Shown: positions 29,757 to 42,200 of the stretch, in pieces
Position numbering within the stretch: position 1 is the stretch's first letter
Layout of the letters: each line of letters opens with the position of its first letter
Source of the DNA: Octopus vulgaris
Taxonomy: Eukaryota
Length of the DNA stretch: 64,000 nucleotides
NCBI GenBank assembly: GCA_951406725.2
Contig: OX597841.1
Span: 17,050,001-17,114,000 of the forward strand
Reading direction: 5' to 3'
Notes under the pieces: model-generated
What the model saw: only the letters and a program-made list of their open reading frames with translations
Databases searched by the model: none
Told to the model about the DNA's origin: nothing
Program-made: the position numbers and the translations under genes

Positions 29757-30137
29757 GGCGCAGGCGTGGGGGCCATGTGGTAAGACGTTTACATCGGAAC
29801 CACATGGTTCAGAAGTTCTGTCCCACTGTGTGGTGCCACGGCTGAGTGTCTTCCACTATAGCCGATAAAGCCCTCACGAGTTATTGTTGTTGTTGTTAAG
29901 CAACAAGACGGGGATAAGGGTGATTAGGTGATGGTCTAGGGCTTAGGGGCGGGAGACCCCAGATCTTGGGGGTAAAAAAACTTTGGTCGTCTTGTTGTAG
30001 TCGAGGGCTCTTCGTTGACGCCCGACACCACTGGGAGGTGGCCCTCGAAGTCACTAGAAATGGAGATGTCCAGGTCCAAATTCTTGAACGGCAGCCACAC
30101 GTGTGAATCTGAAGGATGGAAACTGAAAAACGTCTGT
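29757..30137 (+). mobile_element. Old SINE-A split by a ~220-bp insertion (29881-30100)
   Basis: SINE-A similarity stops at AAAGCCCTCACGAG and resumes at GTGTGAATCTGAAGGATGGAAACTGAAA. Confidence 0.55.
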
Positions 30138-30343
30138 CTTATACATACATACATACAACGTACATACATACATACATACATACATACATACATACATACA
30201 TACAGTTTGATCACTTTCGGCCAGTATAGCCCCAGGCCATGTCTAACTCAGTAGCACCACCTGGTACTGATCAAAGCAGTTCGATTCAAATTCGCTGGTA
30301 TTCGTCAGCCATTTTCTAGCATCGCGCATACATATTTAAATAT

Positions 30344-30592
30344 ATACTTTATAAATAGGGTTCAGCAACGATTTGCTTCACCACATACCAAAGTTTAGAA
30401 ATAGCAGTCAAAAAAATCTTAGCTATTCCTTCTACTTTTTCCCTTTTGCCTGCGTGGATTGTTTTCAAGTACTTTGGTTTTTCTGGGAGCCCCTTTTTAA
30501 AGTAGAAGGAATAGCTAAGAGTTTTTGACTGCTATTTCTAAACTTCGGTATGTGGTAAAGCAAATCTTTGCTGAACCCTAATTACAAAGTAT
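30344..30592. repeat. Foldback inverted repeat, ~94-bp arms and ~60-bp spacer
   Basis: 30344-30438 is the near-exact reverse complement of 30499-30592. Confidence 0.9.
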
Positions 30593-30718
30593 TACTTAAG
30601 CTTACCATGAAATGGTCTTTTTCATGCCGAATTTTACTTGGTGAAATTACTGATTACTTCTTAATTAATTAATTTTACACTTTGTTATTATTTAAAATAT
30701 ATATATATATATATATAT

Positions 30719-30761
<43 letters not shown>

Positions 30762-30779
30762 ACGTATGCATGTGTTTAT

Positions 30780-31145
30780 GTGTGTGTGTGTCTTTGTGTC
30801 TGTGTTTGTATCCCCGCCATAGCTTGACAACCAACAGTGGTGCGTTTATGCCTTTATGACATAGCAAAAGAAGCGGATAGAAAGAGTACTATGTTTTACA
30901 AAGTCCTGGGGTCGATTTTTCCGGGTAAAACCCTTTAAGGCAGCGCTCCAGCATGGCCGCAGTTAACTGAATGAAGCAAGTAAAAGAATAAGAAAATGTG
31001 GTGCGTGTGTGTTTGTGCGAGTTAACGGTTCGACAAAAAGAGATCGATAGAATAAGCACCAGGCTTTATAAATGGAAATAAGTATTGGGGTGGATTCTTG
31101 CAACTAAAAGAAATTCTTCAAGGCGGTGCCCCAGCATGGCCACAA
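30780..31145 (+). mobile_element. Two degenerate SINE-A 3' halves in tandem
   Basis: CCAGCATGGCC tail motif near 30948 and 31131. Confidence 0.7.
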
Positions 31146-31206
31146 ACCGGTGACGTTAATAATGTTTAAAAACTAACTCAGGAGGTCTTGTTGGGAACAT
31201 CATACC

Positions 31207-32764
31207 TATTTTTTTACTACCCACAAGGGGCTAAACATAGAGGGGACAAACAAGGACAGACAAACGGATTAGGTCGATTACATCGACCCCAGTGCGTAAC
31301 TGGTACTTAATTTATCGACCCCGAAAGGATGACAGGCAAAGTCGACCTCGGCGGAATTTGAACTCAGGACGTGAAGACAGACGAAATACCTATTTCTTTA
31401 TTACCTACAAGGGGCTAAACACAGAAGGGACAAACAAGGACAGACAAACGGATTAGGTCGATTACATCGACCCCAGTGCGTAACTGGTACTTAATTTATC
31501 GACCCCGAAAGGATGAAAGGCAAAGTCGACCTCGGCGGAATTTGAACTCAGAACGTAGCGGCAGACGAAATACCTATTTCTTTATTACCCACAAGGGGCT
31601 AAACACAGGGGACAACAAGGACAGACAAACGGATTAGGTCGATTACATCGACCCCAGTGCGTAACTGGTACTTAATTTATCGACCCCGAAAGGATGAAAG
31701 GCAAAGTCGACCTCGGGGGAATTTGAACTCAGAACGTAAAGACAGACGAAATACCTATTTCTATATTACCTACAAGGGGCTAAACACAGAGGGGACAAAC
31801 AAGGACAGACAAACGGATGCATATATATATACACATGAAAATATCTTTTCTACTCTAAGCACAAGGCCCGAAATTTTGGGGGAGGGGACTAGTTGATTAG
31901 ATCGACCCCAGTGCGTAACTGGTACTTAATTTATCGACCCCGAAAGGATGAAAGGCAAAGTCGATCTCGGCGGAATTTGAACTCAGAACGTAGCGGCAGA
32001 CGAAATACCTATTTCTTTACTACCCACAAGGGGCTAAACACAGAGAGGACAAACAAGGACAGACAAACAGATTAAGTCGATTATATCGACCCCAAAAGGA
32101 TGAAAGGCAAAGACGGCCTCGGCGGAATTTGAACTCAGAACGTAGCGGTAGACGAAATACCTATTTCTTTACTACCCCCAAGGGGCTAAACACAGAGAGG
32201 ACAAACAAGGACAGACAAACGGATTAAGTCGATTATATCGACCCCAGTGCATAACTGGTACTTATTTAATCGACCCCCGAAAGGATGAAAGGCAAAGTCG
32301 ACCTCGGCGGAATTTGAACTCAGAACGTAGCGGCAGAAGAAATACGTATTTCTTTACTACCCACAAGGGGCTAAACACAGAAGAGACAAACAAGGACAGA
32401 CAAACAGATTAAGTCGATTATATCGACCCCAGTGCATAACTGGTACTTATTTAATCGACCCCAAAAGGATGAAAGGCAAAGACGGCCTCGGCGGAATTTG
32501 AACTCAGAACGTAGCGGCAGACGAAATACCTATTTCTTTACTACCCACAAGGGGCTAAACACAGAGAGGACAAACAAGGACAGACAAACAGATTAAGTCG
32601 ATTATATCGACCCCAGTGCATAACTGGTACTTATTTAATCGACCCCCGAAAGGATGAAAGGCAAAGTCGACCTCGCCGGAATTTGAACTCGACTGTATAG
32701 CGGCAGACGAAATACCGCTAAGCATTTCGCCCGGTGTGCTAACGTTTCTTCCGGCTCGCCGCCG
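31207..32764 (-). mobile_element. SINE-C multimer array 1 (~184-bp units) bounded by a 15-bp TSD
   Basis: Unit boundaries at 31205, 31389, 31573, 31754, 32008, 32160, 32345 and 32529; single tRNA-like head at 32716-32763; flanking repeats TGGGA(A/G)CATCATACC at 31192-31206 and 32765-32779. Confidence 0.9.
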
Positions 32765-33039
32765 TGGGAGCATCATACCGAAGCTCCCTCTCGGTGACGT
32801 TGTGTAGTTGACTCTAGAGTACCGAAATCAGAATCAGAAATGTTCAGAGAAAGTAGAGGTTTCGCACGGAGAACAAGAATCCCGCCGTGTCCTGATACGG
32901 CTGTTACGGGTCGGTGTCTCTGGTATGACCTTGGATTACATGCTAGTACTAACCTTGTTATAAGCCAACATAGGAACCAAATGAAGAATACAGCTGCTAA
33001 TCTGGTCATCTTCAGAGACATCAAACATGAATGCCCTCA

Positions 33040-33046
33040 TTAAGCT

Positions 33047-33120
<74 letters not shown>

Positions 33121-33154
33121 TATATATATATATATAATTGTGTACTTATATATG

Positions 33155-33198
<44 letters not shown>

Positions 33199-33269
33199 TA
33201 TATATGATATATATATATATAATTGTGTACTTATATATGTATGTATGTATATATATATATAATATATAG

Positions 33270-33320
<51 letters not shown>

Positions 33321-33502
33321 CGTGTAGGCATAGCTATATGTGATACACGTGTGTATGACTGTATGTACATATATGTATGTATATGTGTATTTGTACGTAC
33401 ATGCGTGTGTAGATGGCACACGTGTGTACGTGTGCCCCTAGATATAGTTACATGTAGTATATATGTATGAATCTGAGATATAAATACATACATACATACA
33501 TA

Positions 33503-33541
<39 letters not shown>

Positions 33542-33581
33542 ATCATATGTCATCTTTATATATATATATGCATGTCTGAGA

Positions 33582-33643
<62 letters not shown>

Positions 33644-34660
33644 GTATTTGTGTATATATACATGTGTGTACTTATATGTTGCTGTCAATAACCAAAATTC
33701 CGGTTAAAAGTGAGTAAAAACTAATAAATAACCAAGTTTAATCAACGCGTATTAAATAGAATCAATTTGGTCTGTGATGTTTTTGTTGTTGTTCTTCTTC
33801 TTCTTGTTGTCGTTGCGACGGAGGCGGTGGTGGTGGTGGTGGTGGTGGTGGATATTGCTGCTGTTGCTGTTGACGTTGCTGTGCTTCTGATCTTTATGGT
33901 ACTTCTGAGTAATGTAGTTGTAGTAGCAGTTGTGGTGCTGGTTGTGGCGGTGGAGGTTGTAGTGGTGGTGATGGTGGTAGTAATAGTAGCGGTGGTTGTG
34001 GTGGTGGTGGTGGTGGTGATTGTAGTAGTAGTGTAAATGATGGCTGTAGTGGAGGTGTTGGTAAAAGTAGTAGTGGTGGTGGTGGCGGTGGTGGTTGTTG
34101 TGGTAGTGATGGTACTAGTATATAGTGGTAGTTGTAGTGATGCCGGTAGTAGTAGTAGTGGTGGTTGTAGTGAGGTGGTGTTAGTAGTATTGTAGTGGTA
34201 GTAGTAGTAGTAGTGGTGGTGGTGGTGGTGGTAGTAGTATATGTTGTAATAGTAGTGGTGGTTGTAGTGATGGTGATGGTGGTAGTAAATAGTGGTAGTT
34301 GTCGTGGTGGTAGTATTAGTAGTAGTAGTTGTTGTAGTAGTAGCAGTAGTAGTAGTAGTAGTAGTTAACGTCGTTAACGTTTTTGTAGTTGTGATCATGG
34401 TGGTGGTGGTATTGGTGGTTGCGGCGCTGGTGATTGTGGTGGTGTCGATGGTATGTTGGTGGCGGTGGTTGTGTTGTTGTGGTGGCGACGTCGTATGCTA
34501 ATGGCGGATTAGGGTGGTGGTCACGGTGACGGTGGTGGTGGTGGTGGGTGGTGGGTGTTGTCAAATTTCTTGTAGTTCTGACGATGGATGTTGCTGTGAC
34601 TGCTGTTGTAGTCTTGACGGTAGTTGGATATTGGTGGTGGTGGTGGTGGTCACGGCGGCA
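33040..34660. repeat. (TA)n then (GGT/AGT)n fields
   Basis: Directly visible. Confidence 0.9.
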
Positions 34661-34807
34661 CGACGTGAAAATTATGGTCTGGTGGAGGTTATACACTGTA
34701 GAGTAGTGTGGTGGAGTTGTTGATAATTGATGTGATTGTATGCGTGTGTGTCCAGACATGGATATACACCCACACATTCATGCACACGTGCATACATACA
34801 TACACGA

Positions 34808-34872
<65 letters not shown>

Positions 34873-34876
<4 letters not shown>

Positions 34877-35046
34877 ACCGCGTGTGTATCGTTGGCGATT
34901 TTCTTTCTCCGTCTTCTCTTCTTTGGACTTTTTCTATATTTCTGATGAAGAGCTCGGCTCGAAACATGAAATCCTCTCTCTTTTCTTTCCCTTCCTGAGG
35001 ACTTATTCCACGTCCTCGCATTGTTGTTTTTTCTTGCTTGTTCGTT
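34873..35046 (+). mobile_element. PLE terminal fragment, family 1, HHR fold at 34938-34972
   Basis: ATTT-CTGATGA-A-GAGC tcg GCTC-GAAAC-ATG-AAAT: canonical core, stem I ATTT/AAAT, but an AUG triplet, so probably inactive; ends at (TA)n. Confidence 0.7.
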
Positions 35047-35083
35047 TATATATATATATATATATTTTTTGTTGTTATTTTTT

Positions 35084-35365
35084 CCGACCAGTCAATCAGA
35101 TGTAGTTACACATCGCTGGTCACAATGCGTTCGCATTGTTTTAGCCTTCGAATGACGCCACCCCGCTGGCTAAGCGAGCAGGCCAACAGAAGAAAGAGTG
35201 GGAGAAAGAGTGGTGAAAGAGTACAGCAGGGATCACCACCCCCTGCCGGAGCCTCGTGGAACTTTTAGGTGTTTCGCTCAATGAACACTCACAACGCCTG
35301 GTCTGGGAATCGAAACCGCGATCCTACGACCGCGAGTCCGCTGTCCTAACCACTGGGCCATTGCG

Positions 35366-35367
<2 letters not shown>
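35084..35367 (-). mobile_element. SINE-B': SINE-B head and body with a different 3' tail
   Basis: 35190-35367 aligns with the SINE-B 5' half; 35084-35190 is unrelated to the SINE-B tail. Confidence 0.8.
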
Positions 35368-35408
<41 letters not shown>

Positions 35409-36449
35409 TTTTTAGAAAACCATAAATCCGGAGGAAAAGCACACTCTAAGAAATAGCGCAGTCTATTTTTCTTCCCTAGTGAAGGCCGGTTTATGAGGTT
35501 AACCTGGGTTTCCCGTCCAGAAAGGGTTTAACTTTATAACCTGTTGGCCTATTATCTCTTTAAAATATGGAGGGGAATGTCTCGATACAAAGGCAAATGT
35601 AAACAAGGGGATTATCTTCCTTCGATAATAGTTATTGACTTCCGGCGGTACCGCCATCATCCAGACAAATAGATAGATTTGTAGATTGATAGATAGATAG
35701 ATAGACAGACAAACAGACAGAAACACAGATAGATAGAGAAATAGATAGATAGAGAGACAGAGACTTGTAGATAGATCAATAGAAAAAGTTTTTTTATTCT
35801 ATACGGGTAGACATGTAAATAAGAGAAATTGAAAATGCACTTGAAGTCCTTTAAATGGTTTGTTTTCAAAGGCTCCACATGTTTCACAGGTTTTCTGCTT
35901 TTCAAAAGTTAAGTGAAATAGAAAGACTTGGATCTACGCTGCAATTATCTTGCTTCTGATTGGAATCCAAATTTTTCGGGGGGGGGGTAGTAGGGAAGCT
36001 CAAATTAGTATCTGTTTAGAAAGCAGCTTAATTGGCAGCGGATTCTCACGTGATTAGGCTTAGAAATTTTCAGAAGTTTCCCCCCGGAACAGAGGTAGCG
36101 GGGAACTTACAAAATTTGCTAGCTGTGTTAGTTGCCGTGTTGGTGGTGGCGCTGGCGATGCTGATAGTGGTGGTGGTGGTGGTGGTGGTGGTGGTGGTGG
36201 TGGTTGTGGTGGTGTCTGAGCCGATAATGTTGGTGTGCGATTATAATGATGGGGTCAACGGCAGCATTAACGCGACGTTGTAGCTGCAGATGATGTTGAC
36301 GGTGGTTGCGGCATGTACGTGTGTGTGTAGTTCTGGGGTGGGGGAGAAGATGTCGTCTGCCAATTACCGATGCTCTTGTATTTTGTCTCCATGGAAACCA
36401 ACGACTTTCTTAATTCAAAACGGGTGTATTTCGTTAGGGTTGATTACTT

Positions 36450-36773
36450 TCGTTGTTGTTGGTGTTGCTGATGGTGATGAGGATGATGAGGAGGATGGTG
36501 ATGACGATGTTGTTGTTTTTGTTGCTGCCGTTGTTGGTGTTGTTGTTGATGATGATGATGATGTTTTTGTTGCTGCTGTTAGTCTTGTGTCTGATGATGA
36601 TCATCATCATCATGACGATGTTGTTATTGATGGTGATGATGGTGGTGATGATGATGATGATGATGATGGTGACGATGATGGTAAGGATGATGATGGTGAT
36701 GATGATGGTGATGATGGTGACGATGATGATGATGATGATGGTGACGATGATGATGATGATGGTGATGGTGACG

Positions 36774-36805
<32 letters not shown>

Positions 36806-37019
36806 GATGATGGTGACGATGATGGTAAGGATGATGATGGTGATGATGATGGTGATGATGGTGATGGTGACGATGATGATGATGATGGTGATGATGATGA
36901 TGATGATGGTGACGATGATGGTAAGGATGATGATGGTGACGATGATGGTGATGATGGTGATGGTGACGATGATGATGATGATGGTGACGATGATGGTGAT
37001 GATGGTGATGGTGACGATG

Positions 37020-37051
<32 letters not shown>

Positions 37052-37470
37052 GATGATGATGATAATGGTGACGATGATGGTAAGGATGATGATGGTGATG
37101 ATGGTGACGATGATGGTGATGATGATGATGGTGACGATGATGATGATGATTGTGATGATGATGGTGATGATGATGATGGTGACGATGATGATGATGATGG
37201 TGATGATGGTGATGATGATGGTGATGATGGTGATGATGATGATGATGATGATGGTGACGATGATGATGATGATGGTGATGATGGTGATGATGATGGTGAT
37301 GATGGTGATGACAGTGATGATGACAGTGATGGTGATGATGATGATGGTGATGATGATGATGGTGATGATGATGATGATGGTGACGATGATGATGATGATG
37401 GTGATGATGATGGTGATGGTGATAATGATGGTGATGATGGTGACGATGATGGTGATGATAAAGACGAAGT
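36450..37470. repeat. ~1-kb (GAT/GGT/GAC)n cryptic trinucleotide tract
   Basis: Directly visible; recurrent GATGGTAAGGATGAT sub-blocks. Confidence 0.95.
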
Positions 37471-37829
37471 TGTTGTTGTTATTTAGAGCCAGGTCTGACC
37501 CCGTCCAACAGACGTTTCATGAAAGATGTTCTTGCCGTCTTTCATTCTGACGTGATGTATCTAGGAGTACATCATCGAATGTGTCGTTCCTTTTTCTTTT
37601 TCTTTTTTTTTCTGTTTTTGTTTTGCCTTTCTACGAACGCCTGTGCGGTTGAGATTCGAAATGCTGTTGACTGTTATTACTACCAGGTCGTGCGACCATG
37701 TGGAGGTAGGCAATGCTGGATTGTCGTTGTTTTTAGTGAGGACGATGATGAAGGTGGTGGTGCTGGTGGTTGTAGTGGGAGAGTGTTCGAAAAGGATGAT
37801 AGACAAGAACAACGACGACGAGGGATGGC

Positions 37830-37991
37830 GGTGGTGGTGGTGGTGATGATGATGATGATGATGATGGAGAAGAAATATGATGACGAAGAAGAAGAACGAC
37901 AGCTACAAACGTTGATGATGATAATAATGATGGAAAAGAAAATGAAGGAGGAGAAGAAGAAGCAGAAGAAGAAGAAGAGCAACAACAACAA

Positions 37992-38080
<89 letters not shown>

Positions 38081-38182
38081 GAAGGAAGAAGAAGAGCAAC
38101 AACAACAATAACAACTGTAATAAATGATGATGATGGAGAGGATGATGATGAGAATGATGATGATGATGATGATGACAATGAC

Positions 38183-38225
<43 letters not shown>

Positions 38226-39515
38226 AAGAAGAAGAAGTAGAAGAAGGAAGAAGAAGAGCAACAACAACAATAATAACTGCAACAAATGATGATGATGATG
38301 ATGATGAAGAAAATGAAGAACAACAACAACAGCAGCAGCAACAAATGATGACGATGGGAGAAGAAGAAGAAGAAGAAGAAGAAGAGGAGGAAGAAGAGCA
38401 ACAACAACAACAGAAGCAACAAATGATTGAGAAGAAGAAGAAGAAATAATTAGGAAAACCGCTATATCGCTAAATACTGAATACAAAGCTATAAACCGTA
38501 ACACCATCGACACCACAACACAAACCGACCACCACCACAACCACCACCATTACCACCACCACCACCAGCACTACGGCAGTCACACCAGATCCACCCGACT
38601 AGATCTACCCCGTTTTGTTTAAATGAAGTTCTACGGAGCAAAGCCATTATTAATTGCAATATGGCGTCCAATTTCCTGTTGACTGGTTAAGAGTTGGGTG
38701 GGGTGGGGGTGGGGTGGGGGTGGGGTGGGTGCGGAAGAGGGGGAGGTGTTCGGTGGAAGGTTGACAGTGCGTGGTGGAGGAGGATGAGGATGAGGAGGAG
38801 GAGGAGGTAGAGTAGCGGGAGGGGGGGAGGAGAGGAGAGGAGATAGATTCGGTTTGGCGGGAATAAAGTAGATACAGCGTAAGAGTGAAAGAATGTGAAA
38901 ACGGTGTGGGGGGGTATTATTGGTGGTGGTAATGGTGATGATGCTGGTGGCGGTTGTAGTAGTAGTTGCAGGGGTTGGGGGTGGAGTGACTGAGGTGGTG
39001 GTGGTGGTGGTGGTGATGGGGTGGCGGTTGTAAGAGTGAAAGAATGTGAAAACGATGGGGGGGGGGGGGGGAGAATTATTGGTGGTGGTACTGGTGATGA
39101 TGATGGTGGTGGTAGTGGTGGTAATGGTGATGATGCTGGTGGCGGTTGTAGTAGTAGTTGCAGGGGTTGGGGGGGGAGTAATAGGGGTGATGGTTCCAAT
39201 GGTGGTAGTGGTAGTAATGGTTGTGCGGGTTATGCTAGCGGTGGTGGTGGTGGTGGTAGTGGTGGTGGTAGTGGTGGCAGTGGTGCTGACGATGATGATG
39301 ATGATGTTTGAAGCGGTGGTTTTGGTGGTGGTGATGCTATACTGGCGGTAATGCTGGCGACGAGGAGGGTTGTTGTGGTGGCGGTTGTAGTGGTGGTAGA
39401 GTTGACAGTACGAGTGGTGTTTTTGTTGATGGTGGAGGATTGTGGTGATGATGATGGTGATGGCGGAGGTGGTTTCTGAAAGTGAAAGTAGTTTTCAACT
39501 TCAAGGTCACCGTGA

Positions 39516-39612
<97 letters not shown>

Positions 39613-39900
39613 GGTGGTGGTGGTGGTGGTGGTGGTGCTAACAGCGACCTCACTGTTTACCCCCGATGGTATGGTTGGTGGTGGTTGTCGTGGTTGTGGC
39701 GGCGGCTACGGTGGTGGTGGAGTCAAGATCTTGGAGGGTACTCTTCGTGTTGGTGCAGGTGGATTTGCCGGAGGTTGTAGTAATGGTGGAAGCGCAATGG
39801 TTGGTGGTGGTGGTGGTGGCGGCGGTGGTGGATGTGATGGAGATGTGGTGGTGTCGATAGGATTGGGACATGATGGTGTGATAATGGTAACCGAAAGGGA
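37830..39900. repeat. (GAT/GAA/CAA)n, (GGT)n and (GTT)n fields with internal segment duplications
   Basis: For example 38879-38985 is repeated at 39030-39178. Confidence 0.88.
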
Positions 39901-40055
39901 TTAAAAAAAACAAAAGGAGTACGAAGGAAGGCACGACGAAGGAGTCTGAGAGAGGAAAAGGGGTCAAGAAGCTATGTACCCGGGTAGATAGTCAGACAGA
40001 TAGATAGACAGGTACACAGATAGACAGATACATACATACATACATAGACAGAGAG

Positions 40056-40089
<34 letters not shown>

Positions 40090-40225
40090 AGTCAGACAGA
40101 TACATACATACATAGACAGAGAGACAGACACACAGATGGACGGACAGACAGACAGATACATACATGCATAGACAGACAGACGGACGGACAGACAGACGGG
40201 TGGACGGACGGACGGACAGACAGAC

Positions 40226-40678
40226 TTCTTTATTAGCCTCATAGGGCTCGACAGAGAGGGGACAATACAATGTAGAGTTTTATTTTTTTCTTTTCGAGTG
40301 GGGCGAAAACGAAAAAAATAGGGCCATCGATCAAACGGGATGGAAATCGTTTGGGACACAGAAAAGTCGAAATAATACACAAAGAAATGTAGTTCCCAAA
40401 GGTGGGGAGGCTTATCCGTGGAAAGAAAAACCTACGAGAAGACCACGGTAACCTCGGGCAATAAAATACAAATGTACTCTCTTTCTTTTTTGGTTTGTAG
40501 GACTTTGTTCAAGGTGGCTCCGTCATTCGCCCGTGCCATCCTTGCTCCATTCACCCATCTTTTTTTGAAACAGTCGCTAAACACAACTTGCCTCTCTACT
40601 CTCACTTTCCTTTTCAAGTGATACTTGAAGAGGTTGATGAGAGATTGACCAGAGAGGAAAGTGTTTGTCTCCAGGATT

Positions 40679-40680
<2 letters not shown>
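40226..40680 (-). mobile_element. Tx1/L1-like LINE 3' end (ORF2 C-terminus + 3'UTR), between (GACA/GATA)n tracts
   Basis: Minus frame ETNTFLSGQSLINLFKYHLKRKVRVERQVVFSDCFKKRWVNGARMAR resembles the L1/Tx1 ORF2 terminal pattern (F...L..+.R.E......F...W); the UTR ends AATAAAGAA. Confidence 0.65.
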
Positions 40681-40728
<48 letters not shown>

Positions 40729-40813
40729 TGTTTCTTTATTAGCCAAACAGGGCTGCACACAGACGGAACAGATTACAAAGTAGAGCTTTTCTTTTTGGGG
40801 GAGAGAAACAAAA
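40729..40813 (-). mobile_element. Short 3' end of the Tx1/L1-like family inside (GATA)n
   Basis: Near-identical to 518-588. Confidence 0.7.
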
Positions 40814-41305
40814 TAGATAGATAGATAGATAGATGACAGATAGACAGAAATTTATGCATATAAACAGCGTGTATAAAGATATCAATATATATACATAATT
40901 ATAAATATATATTGTATAAAAATACATATCTGACACTATCTCATGTATGTATGTATAAATAGGTACGTGTTATACACCTGTACGTGTTATACACCTGTCT
41001 TCGTCTTTTGCTTTCTGCAAATTTCAACTATATATACATACATACATCATACATACATATATAAATGCATACATACATATATATGTACTTATATAAATGC
41101 ATACATATATATGTACATATATACATAGATTAATACATACACATATACATACATATATATACACAAACACACATGCATATATACATACATATATACACAC
41201 ATACATACATATTTATATGCGTATATACCCGTAAATGTAAACATAGGGTTACACATGTGTGTACATTTGCATGTCCGAATCAATAACATTTTATATCTAA
41301 ACATC

Positions 41306-41355
<50 letters not shown>

Positions 41356-41409
41356 AGTGTGTGTGTGTGTGCGCGTGTGTGTGTGTGCGCGAGTGTGTGT
41401 GTGTGTGTG

Positions 41410-41455
<46 letters not shown>

Positions 41456-41470
41456 AGTGTGTGTGTGCGA

Positions 41471-41507
<37 letters not shown>

Positions 41508-41542
41508 AGTGTGTGCGAGTGTGTGTGTGTGTGTGAGCGCGA

Positions 41543-41575
<33 letters not shown>

Positions 41576-41582
41576 CGCGCGA

Positions 41583-41621
<39 letters not shown>

Positions 41622-41770
41622 TGTGCGATTGTGTGTGTATGTGTGCGTGTGTGCGTGCGTGTGTGTGTGTGTGTGTGTGTAGAAAATTGAGTGAAAAAAG
41701 TACATAGCACATTTGGTTCGATTTATTCTATATTGGAAGATGCGTAAGTCTTTTAACACAATCACTTTTC

Positions 41771-41834
41771 GAAGTTTCCCGTATCCGCTTCCGGTTACGT
41801 TCCGGCAAGAGCCGGAAACGGAAACGGGAACCTC
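41771..41834. promoter_or_regulatory. GC-rich imperfect palindrome with clustered ETS-like CCGGAA/CGGAA motifs
   Basis: GTTTCCCGTATCCGCTTCCGG...TTCCGGCAAGAGCCGGAAACGGAAACGGGAAC. Confidence 0.3.
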
Positions 41835-41996
41835 GGAGTAGCGATTCTATTAAAACTTGCGCAGATTCCAATGTATATAAATAGACTTGATCGTATTAAG
41901 CGGAGTATCTTTCCTCTACAGTTTTCTACATCCTAAAGGTGGTGCTCCAGCATGGCCGCAGTCAAGTCACTGAAACAAATGAAAGAAAACCCTCAT

Positions 41997-42134
<138 letters not shown>

Positions 42135-42137
42135 ACA

Positions 42138-42198
<61 letters not shown>

Positions 42199-42200
42199 AT

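Noticed and set aside
32810-33045. Possible RTE/BovB-like C-terminal zinc-finger relic
   Set aside because: Cys/His spacing does not fit well; similarity is too weak by eye.
36290-37486. 398-aa Asp/Gly-rich ORF resembling acidic biomineralisation proteins
   Set aside because: It is a (GAT)n-derived tract open in two frames, with no clear signal peptide, and similar tracts occur elsewhere (11410-11930 on the other strand). RNA-seq would be needed to revive it.
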